Below are positions 56,147 through 64,000 of a stretch of 64,000 nt of DNA, piece by piece (the first letter of the stretch is position 1; every line of letters starts with the position of its first letter). Origin of the DNA: a virus (taxonomy: Duplodnaviria; Caudoviricetes); IMG/VR virus record IMGVR_UViG_3300031801_001562. One strand, 5' to 3'. The translations under genes and the position numbers were made by a program. A model generated the notes under the pieces. It did no database searches and was not told the origin of the DNA. It was given only the letters and a program-made list of their open reading frames with translations.

Positions 56147-57078
56147 TCAAATAAAATAGAAATTGATTCATTATGATTAATTCTTCTAATCGCTTCTGAA
56201 AACATAGGTGCTATTGTTAATACTTTTACACTATTAGTTTCAAGATTTGGTATAGTATCTGTTATTACCAAATTAGATAAAGCTTCAGACTCTTGCATTT
56301 TACGTCCACCATTCTTACTCAACACTCCGTGAGTAATATAAGCCATAACTTCAATAGCCCCTTCTCTCTTTAATGCCTCGGCAGCTTTAATAAGTGTATT
56401 ACCTGTATCTACAATATCATCTACTATTATACATTTTTTCTTATTCACATCTCCAATAACATTCATCGAAGCAACTTGATTAGCTTGCTCTCTACGTTTA
56501 TCGATGATCGCTATATCTAATTGTAATTTCTTAGCCACCTTTCTTGCTCTGGCAACGCCACCCGCATCAGGAGAAACTATAACACCATTCTTTGCTATTA
56601 TCATTCGCTTTGGATGAGTTTCTAAATCATTAACAAACAATGGCATAGCCCCTAGATCATCTACTGGAATATCAAAGAACCCTTGTATCTGTCCGGCATG
56701 TAAATCCATTGTTACTATTCTATTAGCTCCTGCCATCTCTAACATGCTTGCTACTAACCTAGCCGTTATAGGTGTTCTTGAAACAGGCTTTCTATCTTGT
56801 CTTGCATAACCGAAATAAGGAATCACTGCAGTAATTCTACCAGCCGATGCTCTCTTACAAGCATCTATTATAATTAACAATTCCATTAAATAATCATTAG
56901 CAGGATTACAAGTACTTTGAATAATGAATACATCCTCACCACGAACATTCTCTTTAATCATACACGAGAGTTCATTATCTGCAAATTTAATAAGTTCTAC
57001 TTCACACAAGTGCTGTCCACAATGATGTGCAATAGACTCGGCCAAATTTTTATTTGAATTTCCAGCAATTAATTTCAT
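56143..57078 (-). CDS. prs: Ribose-phosphate pyrophosphokinase
   Basis: FADNE, PYFGYARQDRK, DLHAGQIQGFF, VSPDAGG, IVDDIVDTGNT. Confidence 0.96.
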   Translation of the reverse strand: MKLIAGNSNKNLAESIAHHCGQHLCEVELIKFADNELSCMIKENVRGEDVFIIQSTCNPANDYLMELLIIIDACKRASAGRITAVIPYFGYARQDRKPVSRTPITARLVASMLEMAGANRIVTMDLHAGQIQGFFDIPVDDLGAMPLFVNDLETHPKRMIIAKNGVIVSPDAGGVARARKVAKKLQLDIAIIDKRREQANQVASMNVIGDVNKKKCIIVDDIVDTGNTLIKAAEALKREGAIEVMAYITHGVLSKNGGRKMQESEALSNLVITDTIPNLETNSVKVLTIAPMFSEAIRRINHNESISILFE

Positions 57079-57254
57079 TTAACCTTTATGATTTCAATTT
57101 CATTACCTACCTTTTTAGTCTTTATATATCCTTCTGCTTCAAGCATTTCTAAAGTTCTGCTAGCAACCTTATCTACTGCTATATGCCAAGCAATGCGATA
57201 TCCCATATAAGTTCCTACTACATAAACTATTGTAAGCCAAATAAACGTTTCCAT
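57075..57254 (-). CDS. 59-aa single-TM protein (below the ORF-track size cutoff)
   Basis: METFIWLTIVYVVGTYMGY...; ATGA overlap with the prs start. Confidence 0.55.
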   Translation of the reverse strand: METFIWLTIVYVVGTYMGYRIAWHIAVDKVASRTLEMLEAEGYIKTKKVGNEIEIIKVK

Positions 57255-57255
57255 A

Positions 57256-57828
57256 TTATCTATCTATTGGGTAAGGGAAGAACCCTCGATTTGGCACAAG
57301 CCCAAAAGGCATGGCCTTAGTTTCTCCATTAAAATAATCGAAATTTATAACAACCCTCACTTTCGCATCCGTACAAGATGTTCCACGATGTTTTAAATTA
57401 GCAGGAAAAGTAATCATTCTATTTTCAACACTATGAATTTTTGTGCCATCCTCAAATTCTGTATAGCCATCATTAGTATTCACATAAAAAATAGAAGTAG
57501 TCCATTGTTGTAGTTTTTCTTCTGATGTTAGCTGACCTATATCAACATGAAATGATTTTTCAATAACATCAGGTGTTCTCGTAAGTAAATTTGCCTTTAT
57601 TCGCCATATTGATATTGTGTCTATTTTAATCAATAGAGAATTTAATTTTTCTATTTTAGTAGAACTTGGAGAATTATTAATATAAAATAAATGCTCAAAC
57701 TGAAATTCATTGTCGGAATCGTACAAGCCGGCGGAGTCATTATAACGCCAAGCAATTTGATCACTCATAAAAAATGATTGCAATTGATTTAATTCTTCTT
57801 GGTCTAAAAAATTATCTTCTACTTTCAA
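57256..57828 (-). CDS. 2OG-Fe(II) oxygenase (cyanophage type)
   Basis: FHVD, SIFYVNTNDGYTEF, NRMITFP, KHRG, RVVINF. Confidence 0.82.
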   Translation of the reverse strand: MKVEDNFLDQEELNQLQSFFMSDQIAWRYNDSAGLYDSDNEFQFEHLFYINNSPSSTKIEKLNSLLIKIDTISIWRIKANLLTRTPDVIEKSFHVDIGQLTSEEKLQQWTTSIFYVNTNDGYTEFEDGTKIHSVENRMITFPANLKHRGTSCTDAKVRVVINFDYFNGETKAMPFGLVPNRGFFPYPIDR

Positions 57829-58029
57829 TGTTCTTATTCTTTTCTAATTTATTTTCCTTGTCCACGATATATTTTAAAATCCTTTTTTTTGTGTTTACTT
57901 TTTGGACTAGTCCTTCTAGACTTGCCTATAGAAGTTCTTTTTTTCATTCCTGTTTTTTTTCTATTCAATATTTTTAATTTACTTGTTGCCACTTATCTTA
58001 TTCCTCCCTTTTATTAGTGTTCTATTTAG

Positions 58030-58218
58030 TTACGTGTCATGTCCTCTTCCATAGCATTCCAACTCACATTGTTCTAGTTCGTACATGAGTTCGTCGTTTG
58101 CGTTCACCAGGTATTCGATTCGTTTTGAATACTTGGCTTCTACTCTTTCTTCTATCTGTTTTTTCACCCCGATGTCATAAACAAGGCGAGCAAGATAATT
58201 TGATGGATTATTAATCAT
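58030..58218 (-). CDS. Hypothetical protein
   Basis: 62-aa coupled ORF. Confidence 0.45.
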   Translation of the reverse strand: MINNPSNYLARLVYDIGVKKQIEERVEAKYSKRIEYLVNANDELMYELEQCELECYGRGHDT

Positions 58219-58448
58219 GGTGTATCATGCCTGTTCTTCTGTATTGATTTTTCTTTAGCTTCGAGCTGAGCCTGATATTCTTTTTGTTTCCTATGGTCTT
58301 TCAGGGAACGTAATCGCAAGTTTAGTTCATCCAGATCATCGTTTGTCAGATAGGATAGGAACGTAAGAAGAAACTGCATTATATTCTTATGTGAGTACAG
58401 CATCTCTTTATCATCAATGTATACTCTAATCGTCGTTTTATTTTCCAT
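58215..58448 (-). CDS. Hypothetical protein
   Basis: 77-aa ORF downstream of tRNA-Asn. Confidence 0.5.
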   Translation of the reverse strand: MENKTTIRVYIDDKEMLYSHKNIMQFLLTFLSYLTNDDLDELNLRLRSLKDHRKQKEYQAQLEAKEKSIQKNRHDTP

Positions 58449-58467
58449 TTAATATATTTAGGTGGTG

Positions 58468-58542
58468 TGGCTGCCTAGGCTGGGCTCGAACCAGCGACAT
58501 TCTGATTAACAGTCAGATGTTCTACCACTGAACTACTAGGCA
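58468..58542 (-). tRNA. tRNA-Asn(GTT), canonical
   Basis: Acceptor TGCCTAG/CTAGGCA+G+CCA, anticodon arm TCTGA-CTGTTAA-TCAGA, short variable loop. Confidence 0.95.
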
Positions 58543-58550
58543 TTAAAACA

Positions 58551-58759
58551 TGTGGGGTAGAGCCTAGACTATCCTGAAGGACAACTCTCGCAAGGCACTC
58601 GGGCCTCGTTTATCAAAAGTTATCCACTCCCTCACCCTGTGGCACGTACCGGCGGTCTTATTGGAGAGGCTTCTTAACTTCATCTAGGTAGAGTCACTTA
58701 GTCGCACTCAGTACTAGGGTTCGTCTCCCGCTCCTGGCTTTAGTGTCGTTTACCCCACA
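58551..58759 (-). ncRNA. Unassigned ~209-nt structured RNA candidate
   Basis: Perfect terminal 9-bp stem TGTGGGGTA/TACCCCACA, GC-rich relative to flanks, internal helices, no ORF, 8 nt from tRNA-Asn; strand inferred from context. Confidence 0.6.
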
Positions 58760-58761
58760 AT

Positions 58762-59010
58762 TTAAATCATCTTATACCATTCAGTAGGTATCTTATCTAA
58801 CATTATACAGCTTTTATAAGGGTGCGGCCGTTTCTTCATGAAGCTACGGGCGATCATATTATTATTATATATCCGTCCTTCAAATCGGCCATCGTTAAAT
58901 CCAACTATCAATCCACAATTCCATCTGCTAACAGTTAATGGCTCCATCGCTTTCACAGGAACTTCAGTAACTCCACACGCCGACAGCGCGCGCCTTATAA
59001 GTTTACCCAT
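58762..59010 (-). CDS. Hypothetical protein
   Basis: 82-aa ORF. Confidence 0.45.
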   Translation of the reverse strand: MGKLIRRALSACGVTEVPVKAMEPLTVSRWNCGLIVGFNDGRFEGRIYNNNMIARSFMKKRPHPYKSCIMLDKIPTEWYKMI

Positions 59011-59055
59011 ACTCTCTTTTCATTTAGCCGTAGGCTGATTATCTATTAGAGGTTT

Positions 59056-59072
59056 AGGGCGCGAAGCGCCCT
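59056..59072. other. GC hairpin AGGGCGC-GAA-GCGCCCT
   Basis: Perfect 7-bp stem just downstream of the HTH gene; no U tract on the minus strand, so its role is unclear. Confidence 0.4.
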
Positions 59073-59080
59073 TCGGCACG

Positions 59081-59878
59081 TCACTTCTTCTCCAGACTAT
59101 CGCCAAAGGCTGTTTCCGGTAAAGAACGTTCTAGTTCCGTTAGTTGTTCATCTGATGCAGCTAAGTGTAGGACTTCCCCATATGCTTTCCTCTGATCTCT
59201 CTCACTCTCTAATTCTGCAATGAAATCATTTACATTCACTGTTGATCCTTTCTCATCTGGCCGGCTCTTCGCCGCCTTCTTCGACGCAAGTGTAGTTCTT
59301 TTTCTCCACGACTTCTTTGCTTGGTCCTTCCAGCTCTGGCCATCTATGTTTCCATCCGCTTGTAGTTTCTGTATTTTTCCACCGGCTGCTAAATAGTCCT
59401 CGACTGCGTTACTGATTTCTAAACTAGACATATCCCGTACATCAATCTCTGGCTCTTTCTTTGCAGTTACTCTCAGCTTGTTCTTATCAGCTCTCACTGT
59501 TCCTGAGAGTTTCTTTATTGCACTCATCCTGGCCCGTACATTAATCAGTGATTTAATCTTTTTCTTCTTTAGTAGATCTGATCCGGTTACTCCGCGTTTG
59601 ATCTTACCACTGATTGCTGCATTAGAGTATCCTGTAACATCTGCAATTTCTGCTACGGTCATTCTAGTATTCCCATGCAAGTCTACAGTGAATACTCTAG
59701 GATTTTTTCCCGAACGTTTTGCACCCTCTGAATTCCGCTGTAAATAAATTGTGTCTGCATCGTGATTAAACTTATGCATTAGATTACTCATCCTACAATA
59801 CGAAAGTCCAAAGAGCTCAGCTAGCTCTTTCATCGTGTATAGGGATTCGTGGAAACTGTATGTTTTCGCTTTAGCCAT
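59081..59878 (-). CDS. Double helix-turn-helix protein with SutA-like motif (candidate transcription regulator)
   Basis: TMKELAELFGLSYCRMSNLM and MTVAEIADVTGYSNAAISGKIKRG HTHs; VEDYLAAGGKIQKL. Confidence 0.55.
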   Translation of the reverse strand: MAKAKTYSFHESLYTMKELAELFGLSYCRMSNLMHKFNHDADTIYLQRNSEGAKRSGKNPRVFTVDLHGNTRMTVAEIADVTGYSNAAISGKIKRGVTGSDLLKKKKIKSLINVRARMSAIKKLSGTVRADKNKLRVTAKKEPEIDVRDMSSLEISNAVEDYLAAGGKIQKLQADGNIDGQSWKDQAKKSWRKRTTLASKKAAKSRPDEKGSTVNVNDFIAELESERDQRKAYGEVLHLAASDEQLTELERSLPETAFGDSLEKK

Positions 59879-59924
59879 AATATATTTTTTCTTAGTTGGT
59901 TAATTGTTTAAATAATATTCTATT

Positions 59925-59953
59925 ATTATAATGTATTTTGGGCAACATGTCAA
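59925..59953 (-). promoter_or_regulatory. sigma70-type early promoter
   Basis: TTGACA-17 nt-TATAAT. Confidence 0.85.
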
Positions 59954-60022
59954 GGTTTTTCTTTCGCAACTGGAAAAAAAAATTTAGAAGCCCCCTCGGG
60001 CCTGCTCTTGATTCGGGATATC

Positions 60023-60030
60023 TATAAATA
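60023..60030 (+). promoter_or_regulatory. T4-type late promoter pointing into an ORF-free region
   Basis: Exact TATAAATA on the plus strand. Confidence 0.5.
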
Positions 60031-60662
60031 GACATTAACGGTGAGAGATATAAAATAATAAAAAAATTTTGGATAAGGTTAAGTTATAGCCTCAGTCCTA
60101 AGCCTATAGGGTCGAGCGATTTCCTTTTCATCGTATTACAGGTGGGGGGGGTGTACATTTATCTCTCCATACTATACAACAGCTGTGTATATCTATCTCT
60201 CTATACTATCGCTACCGCTGTGTACTTTTAACTCTCTATAGAACGAGCAGAGCGTGTAGCCCGTTTCATATCTCTACTAAGCTTGTAGCTAGCACTTACT
60301 TAGCCGCGTCATGTGCGTTGCAGATATACTACACTAGTTTGACGACACTGAATCCGCTGCTTCAATCATGATGAGCAGGCGGACTACTCTGCTCGAGTAT
60401 ATAAGAAAAAAAAATATAGCAGAGGACAATTCTATTACGTAGCTCTGAGCTTATTCCACGTTCACATTGTCCTCCATAACACATATAGCTCGAGTCTCGT
60501 ACTGCATATTCACGCGGGTCGTATACACGGCTACGTAGGAGCTGACGTCATCGAATGGTATATATGCTTAGCTATATACGTCGTATCTCTCGTTAGTAAA
60601 TTAGACAGGGACCCCGGCGGCGAGAGAGATGGAAGCGCGAGGCCCCTGTTGAAGGCGCGTTA

Positions 60663-60911
60663 CTAATTAAGTAATTCGCCATCATGTATGTACTGCAGCA
60701 GTTCAAACTCTGCTACGTCTTGTTCATATATGTCTACAGCACCGGTCAGATGCTCTATGGTTTTTTGCAGTCTATTATAGAGAGTTAAATCTGACCGGTC
60801 CGTATTCTTGTATATCTCTAATAGTGTATCTAGTTCATCTAACTGATTATCAATCCGACTTGATAAATCATTGCACATTATAGCAGCTTCGTCCATGGGT
60901 GAATTATGCAT
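60663..60911 (-). CDS. Hypothetical coiled-coil protein
   Basis: 82-aa early-operon ORF. Confidence 0.5.
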   Translation of the reverse strand: MHNSPMDEAAIMCNDLSSRIDNQLDELDTLLEIYKNTDRSDLTLYNRLQKTIEHLTGAVDIYEQDVAEFELLQYIHDGELLN

Positions 60912-61332
60912 AACTCTCCATCATGGATTTACACACTTCAAGATTCTCTTCGAGGTTTCCTTCAAAACCAGAAAGCAATTTATTAGTTGGAAATTTTTCG
61001 AAACGGGAATTCCACTCTACACGAGTAGCACTAAGGTAGTGACGCATCTCGGATTTCGAAATAGCAATCTCCATCTCGGTTTTGAAACCTTCAGAGACTT
61101 CTACACCGCCAAGAATTTCTTCGTTGAAATATTCATTAGGGTCACCGACAATATAACTGTAAACGAAATCTACAGCGTCTGCAACAGATGGAGCACCGGA
61201 GATAATATAGTCATCTCCACCTTTGTTCTTCCACATCTGCGGACAGTCGCCTGAGCCGTCCCAGTCGTGGGCTCCATAGTTTTCACGTACTGCTGATTGT
61301 ACATGCACTTCAATACTCATAATCTCTCTCAT
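60904..61332 (-). CDS. Conserved phage early hypothetical protein
   Basis: RENYGAHDWDG.G.CPQ.WK.KGG pattern recalled from other phages. Confidence 0.6.
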   Translation of the reverse strand: MREIMSIEVHVQSAVRENYGAHDWDGSGDCPQMWKNKGGDDYIISGAPSVADAVDFVYSYIVGDPNEYFNEEILGGVEVSEGFKTEMEIAISKSEMRHYLSATRVEWNSRFEKFPTNKLLSGFEGNLEENLEVCKSMMESYA

Positions 61333-61340
61333 TATAATTA

Positions 61341-61601
61341 TTATAATTCGTCCATCTTATACAGATAACCTTCGAGATCCAGGAACGGACCTCCTCCAGC
61401 TTTACTCTCTGCTAGACTGATTCTGCCAATGTCGGCATCATTCTCATCAACGAACTGATGATATGCAGCAACCAAATCACGATGTGGTTGACACAAATCT
61501 AAATCACTCTTATCTATTTCTCTCAAATTTCTCATAATATACTCTCTCTCTTTTTCTTTATTCTCTATATATATTATACTACTATTTAAGAGAAATGTCA
61601 A
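61341..61601 (-). CDS. Hypothetical early protein
   Basis: True start is probably MRNLRE, downstream of the promoter. Confidence 0.45.
   Translation of the reverse strand: MTFLLNSSIIYIENKEKEREYIMRNLREIDKSDLDLCQPHRDLVAAYHQFVDENDADIGRISLAESKAGGGPFLDLEGYLYKMDEL
61573..61601 (-). promoter_or_regulatory. sigma70-type early promoter
   Basis: TTGACA-17 nt-TATAAT. Confidence 0.85.
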
Positions 61602-61614
61602 CCTTTTTCTTTCG

Positions 61615-61657
61615 CAACAACTTCAATGAGTTACCCAGAGTACGTTGATATCATTGA
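61615..61657. promoter_or_regulatory. Palindromic operator-like element, copy 4
   Basis: Arms caacaacttcaatgagttac / gagtacgttgatatcattga. Confidence 0.55.
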
Positions 61658-61766
61658 TAATCTTTTATCTTCAATAATTTCAGAGACTTACAGCGAAGCT
61701 GGCACATTGCTGCAGTTGTTGATTCAGTATATCACTATTCATATGGGCCTGAAAAGTCTATAGTTT

Positions 61767-61811
61767 TCATGCCGGTAGTCATGCCGGTAATGCCGGTAGT
61801 CATGCCGGTAG
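61767..61811. repeat. Tandem repeat, 4 x (TCA)TGCCGGTA(G/A)
   Basis: Units at 61767-78, 61779-90, 61791-99 and 61800-11. Confidence 0.9.
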
Positions 61812-61924
61812 TAGAAAATTATAATTGTTTTGTAAATTTTTCGGATTTTTGCGCGAGGCGCCGTTTAAATCCACTCTCTGGGACTATTTAACTCTCTTCT
61901 ACTCCGCGTAAACCATATTAATTA

Positions 61925-61940
61925 ACCGTTTATAAACGGT
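61925..61940. repeat. Perfect 16-bp palindrome ACCGTTTATAAACGGT
   Basis: Read directly from the sequence. Confidence 0.85.
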
Positions 61941-62133
61941 CTCGTATCCGAGATTCCTGTTCGATAAAAGAGATTCCGGGATATGGGATAGTATACGGGA
62001 TACGAGATATGCATGGAAACGGCTGCAGTTACCGCTGAGAAACTAGTAGAAAAAGCGAACCCAGCGGGTGAGCTTCTATCTATTACTCTCTATATATGAC
62101 GCGAAACGACTTTCTATATATGAAGCGACGCGA

Positions 62134-62376
62134 CTACTTAGTGGGACCCATGTAAGTATCCATATAAGTATCTGGTTGATGAATCTCATCGAAGTCTTCC
62201 TCAAACTTTCTCTTTAAATAGTCTTTACATTCTTGTGAAATCTCTGTCATATTTTCAGCACACTCTTTAATCTCCTTCTCATACTTTTCATCCTCCAACA
62301 TGTAGAGAGGCGGTTCCTTTCCTTCTTCTCGTAGATGTTGCTTTAATGCTTTTTCAATTTCGTTATCTGTTATCAT
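62134..62376 (-). CDS. Hypothetical acidic protein
   Basis: 80-aa ORF. Confidence 0.5.
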   Translation of the reverse strand: MITDNEIEKALKQHLREEGKEPPLYMLEDEKYEKEIKECAENMTEISQECKDYLKRKFEEDFDEIHQPDTYMDTYMGPTK

Positions 62377-62390
62377 TGACTGTCTCTATG

Positions 62391-63317
62391 TTAGTTAATC
62401 TGTTGTTCCCAATTCTTTTCATCATGATTCAAACGTAGCTTATCCTGCAAGTACTCTTCAGAAGAAATTGGTGAGTGTTTATCTGGTTCATCTGTAAAAT
62501 TTTTGATCAATGCATCTCTACCAGGATCAACAAAGTAGGGCATCGTATAACGAGATTTTGTATGATCTCTATTAATGACTCTATGATTGGTTGATCTCAA
62601 CGTATCATTAGACCATCTTTGAAACATGTCTGCAACGTTCAATACTATAGAGTTTTCTACTGGTGGAGCTTCAATCCATTCTCCTGTTTCTCTATCCTCA
62701 ACCTGAAGACCTCCTACATCGTCGAATCGCCAGAGTAGAGTGATTGAACCGTAATCTGTATGTTCTCCTCCTCTATAGGTTTGTGGTCCGCGAACTGCAC
62801 AGTATGCAACAGCTGGATAATGAATCATTCTCATATTGACATATCCATTAACATGTCTATCTATTAAATATTTTTTTTTGAGTTTGAACATGCTTTCGAA
62901 CTTGTCGAAAAACTGATGAGAGAGTTGTTGGGAGATCTGAAGGATCTGTTGAGCGGATGATTTGAACTCTGGAATCTCTGTCGGCCAGTATTGCTCTTGC
63001 ATTCTAGCTGAATCAATCCAGTTATAGGACTCTTTCATATCACCTGGTCGACTCTGAATATGACCCATCTCTCCCCAGCCGGCGCGACACGTTAATGAGC
63101 CTCTTACTCCGCTGTATGTGTATTTCTTTTTCACTTCTAACGGTAGTTGGAAGAACTCTTCCATAAGTTGCTTCCAGTCTTGGAATTCTGATAGCCACTC
63201 ATTATAAACATTGGTGAAGACGGCGAACCCACAGGTAGTATATGCTCTGTGCATTTCTTCTATGCAAGTTTTACTTCTGAAATCAATTATTGGGATGGCC
63301 ATTTTTGTTCGAACCAA
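62391..63317 (-). CDS. Isopenicillin N synthase-family 2OG-Fe(II) dioxygenase
   Basis: GFAVFTN (DIOX_N), MRMIHYP, EHTDYGSITLL, GGLQV, STNHRV, RYTMPYF. Confidence 0.9.
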   Translation of the reverse strand: MVRTKMAIPIIDFRSKTCIEEMHRAYTTCGFAVFTNVYNEWLSEFQDWKQLMEEFFQLPLEVKKKYTYSGVRGSLTCRAGWGEMGHIQSRPGDMKESYNWIDSARMQEQYWPTEIPEFKSSAQQILQISQQLSHQFFDKFESMFKLKKKYLIDRHVNGYVNMRMIHYPAVAYCAVRGPQTYRGGEHTDYGSITLLWRFDDVGGLQVEDRETGEWIEAPPVENSIVLNVADMFQRWSNDTLRSTNHRVINRDHTKSRYTMPYFVDPGRDALIKNFTDEPDKHSPISSEEYLQDKLRLNHDEKNWEQQIN

Positions 63318-63598
63318 GCCTCGTCAGGGAATTTCTTTCCAATCAAAGGGTCATTATTAGTCTTTTTTAACATGTTGATTGTATCTTTTCTTTGATGCTC
63401 TGGCAGTTCTTGAATCATACGTTTAACTGTGCCCCACTTTTCATTCAATGCATGTCTTTGTAGTATCTGTAGCATTTCGTGCTGCTGAAGATGTTCTGGA
63501 TGTTTCACCTGACCATCTGGATGAGGACTAGTGATATGACCTATTTCCTTATCTGCTAGTCTCTTCTCTGTAGCGTTTTCAAAATTGTATTTGTGCAT
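63287..63598 (-). CDS. Hypothetical protein
   Basis: 103-aa ORF. Confidence 0.5.
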   Translation of the reverse strand: MHKYNFENATEKRLADKEIGHITSPHPDGQVKHPEHLQQHEMLQILQRHALNEKWGTVKRMIQELPEHQRKDTINMLKKTNNDPLIGKKFPDEAWFEQKWPSQ

Positions 63599-63606
63599 AG
63601 GTAACT

Positions 63607-63924
63607 CTAAATTGCTGCTGTTAGACGTTCGACGAACTTTACGTGTTCTTTTGGTCGCTTGCCTTTATATTGAAAAGTATATGTTCGCTTCTCTAAATCA
63701 TCTAAAACCATCTGTAACTGCTCTTTACTAAAATCATTTATCTCATCACTCACATCTTCTAAGACATAGTAAATCTCATGTTCAGCTTCATGCAGCCATC
63801 CATCAAGAGCTTCCCGATAGATTATCTTATTACTATTACTCGCAGACATTATAGACATCCGCAACCAATTTTTAATTCTATTAATATTATCGTAAGCATT
63901 AAACTCAAATAACCAATCATGCAT
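63607..63924 (-). CDS. Hypothetical protein
   Basis: 105-aa ORF. Confidence 0.5.
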   Translation of the reverse strand: MHDWLFEFNAYDNINRIKNWLRMSIMSASNSNKIIYREALDGWLHEAEHEIYYVLEDVSDEINDFSKEQLQMVLDDLEKRTYTFQYKGKRPKEHVKFVERLTAAI

Positions 63925-64000
63925 AAAATCGACTTTCTCCTGAACGTCTTTTATACGCTTCGCCCTTACTCTAGCTACCTGCCAACTAATATTCCAATTT

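Noticed and set aside
56143-57078. prs as part of a NARP1-type NAD+ reconstitution anti-defence pathway
   Set aside because: The sequence looks like a canonical class I PRPP synthetase, and no nicotinamide transferase partner is adjacent or in the window
53764-58542. tRNAs as prophage attachment sites
   Set aside because: No integrase and no duplicated tRNA 3' end; the gene content is that of a lytic T4-like phage
61767-61811. Possible CRISPR mini-array
   Set aside because: Units are 9-12 nt and directly adjacent with no spacers; no cas genes

Overview
64 kb of an AT-rich, lytic T4-like (Tevenvirinae-related, marine-type) myophage genome. Almost every gene is on the minus strand. No photosynthesis genes, CRISPR, integrase or transposase were seen. 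Layout: (0-5 kb) nucleotide metabolism and primase, with RuvC-like nuclease, HAD nucleotidase, class II nrdJ, thyX and gp61. (5-18 kb) Late virion-associated genes. Several of these begin with a T4-style capsid-targeting sequence: a ligase-fold protein, a HIGH-type nucleotidyltransferase and a PD-(D/E)xK nuclease-like protein. (18-31 kb) T4 replisome core (gp41, uvsX, gp43, regA, gp62, gp44, gp45) plus an M15 endolysin, Hsp20 and dUTPase. (31-35 kb) MoxR AAA+/vWA pair. (35-36 kb) The only internal plus-strand unit: a catalytic-domain-only AsnRS/AsnA-like gene followed 3 nt later by a 111-nt atypical tRNA-Asn-like RNA with a 39-nt variable arm. This is the top finding. (36-47 kb) Glycan/acyl-modification genes, internal head proteins, ClpP and a metallothionein-like micro-ORF. 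(47-59 kb) Small ORFs, 2OG-Fe(II) oxygenases, clpS, a radical SAM gene, prs, four canonical tRNAs (Cys, Val, Tyr, Asn) and an unassigned ~209-nt structured RNA. (59-64 kb) A double-HTH/SutA-motif regulator, two ORF-free repeat-rich intervals (possible origin) and early genes. Eight sigma70-like promoters (four with a shared palindromic operator) and several TATAAATA-type late promoters were read directly from the sequence. All family assignments come from motif recognition by eye; no database searches were run.
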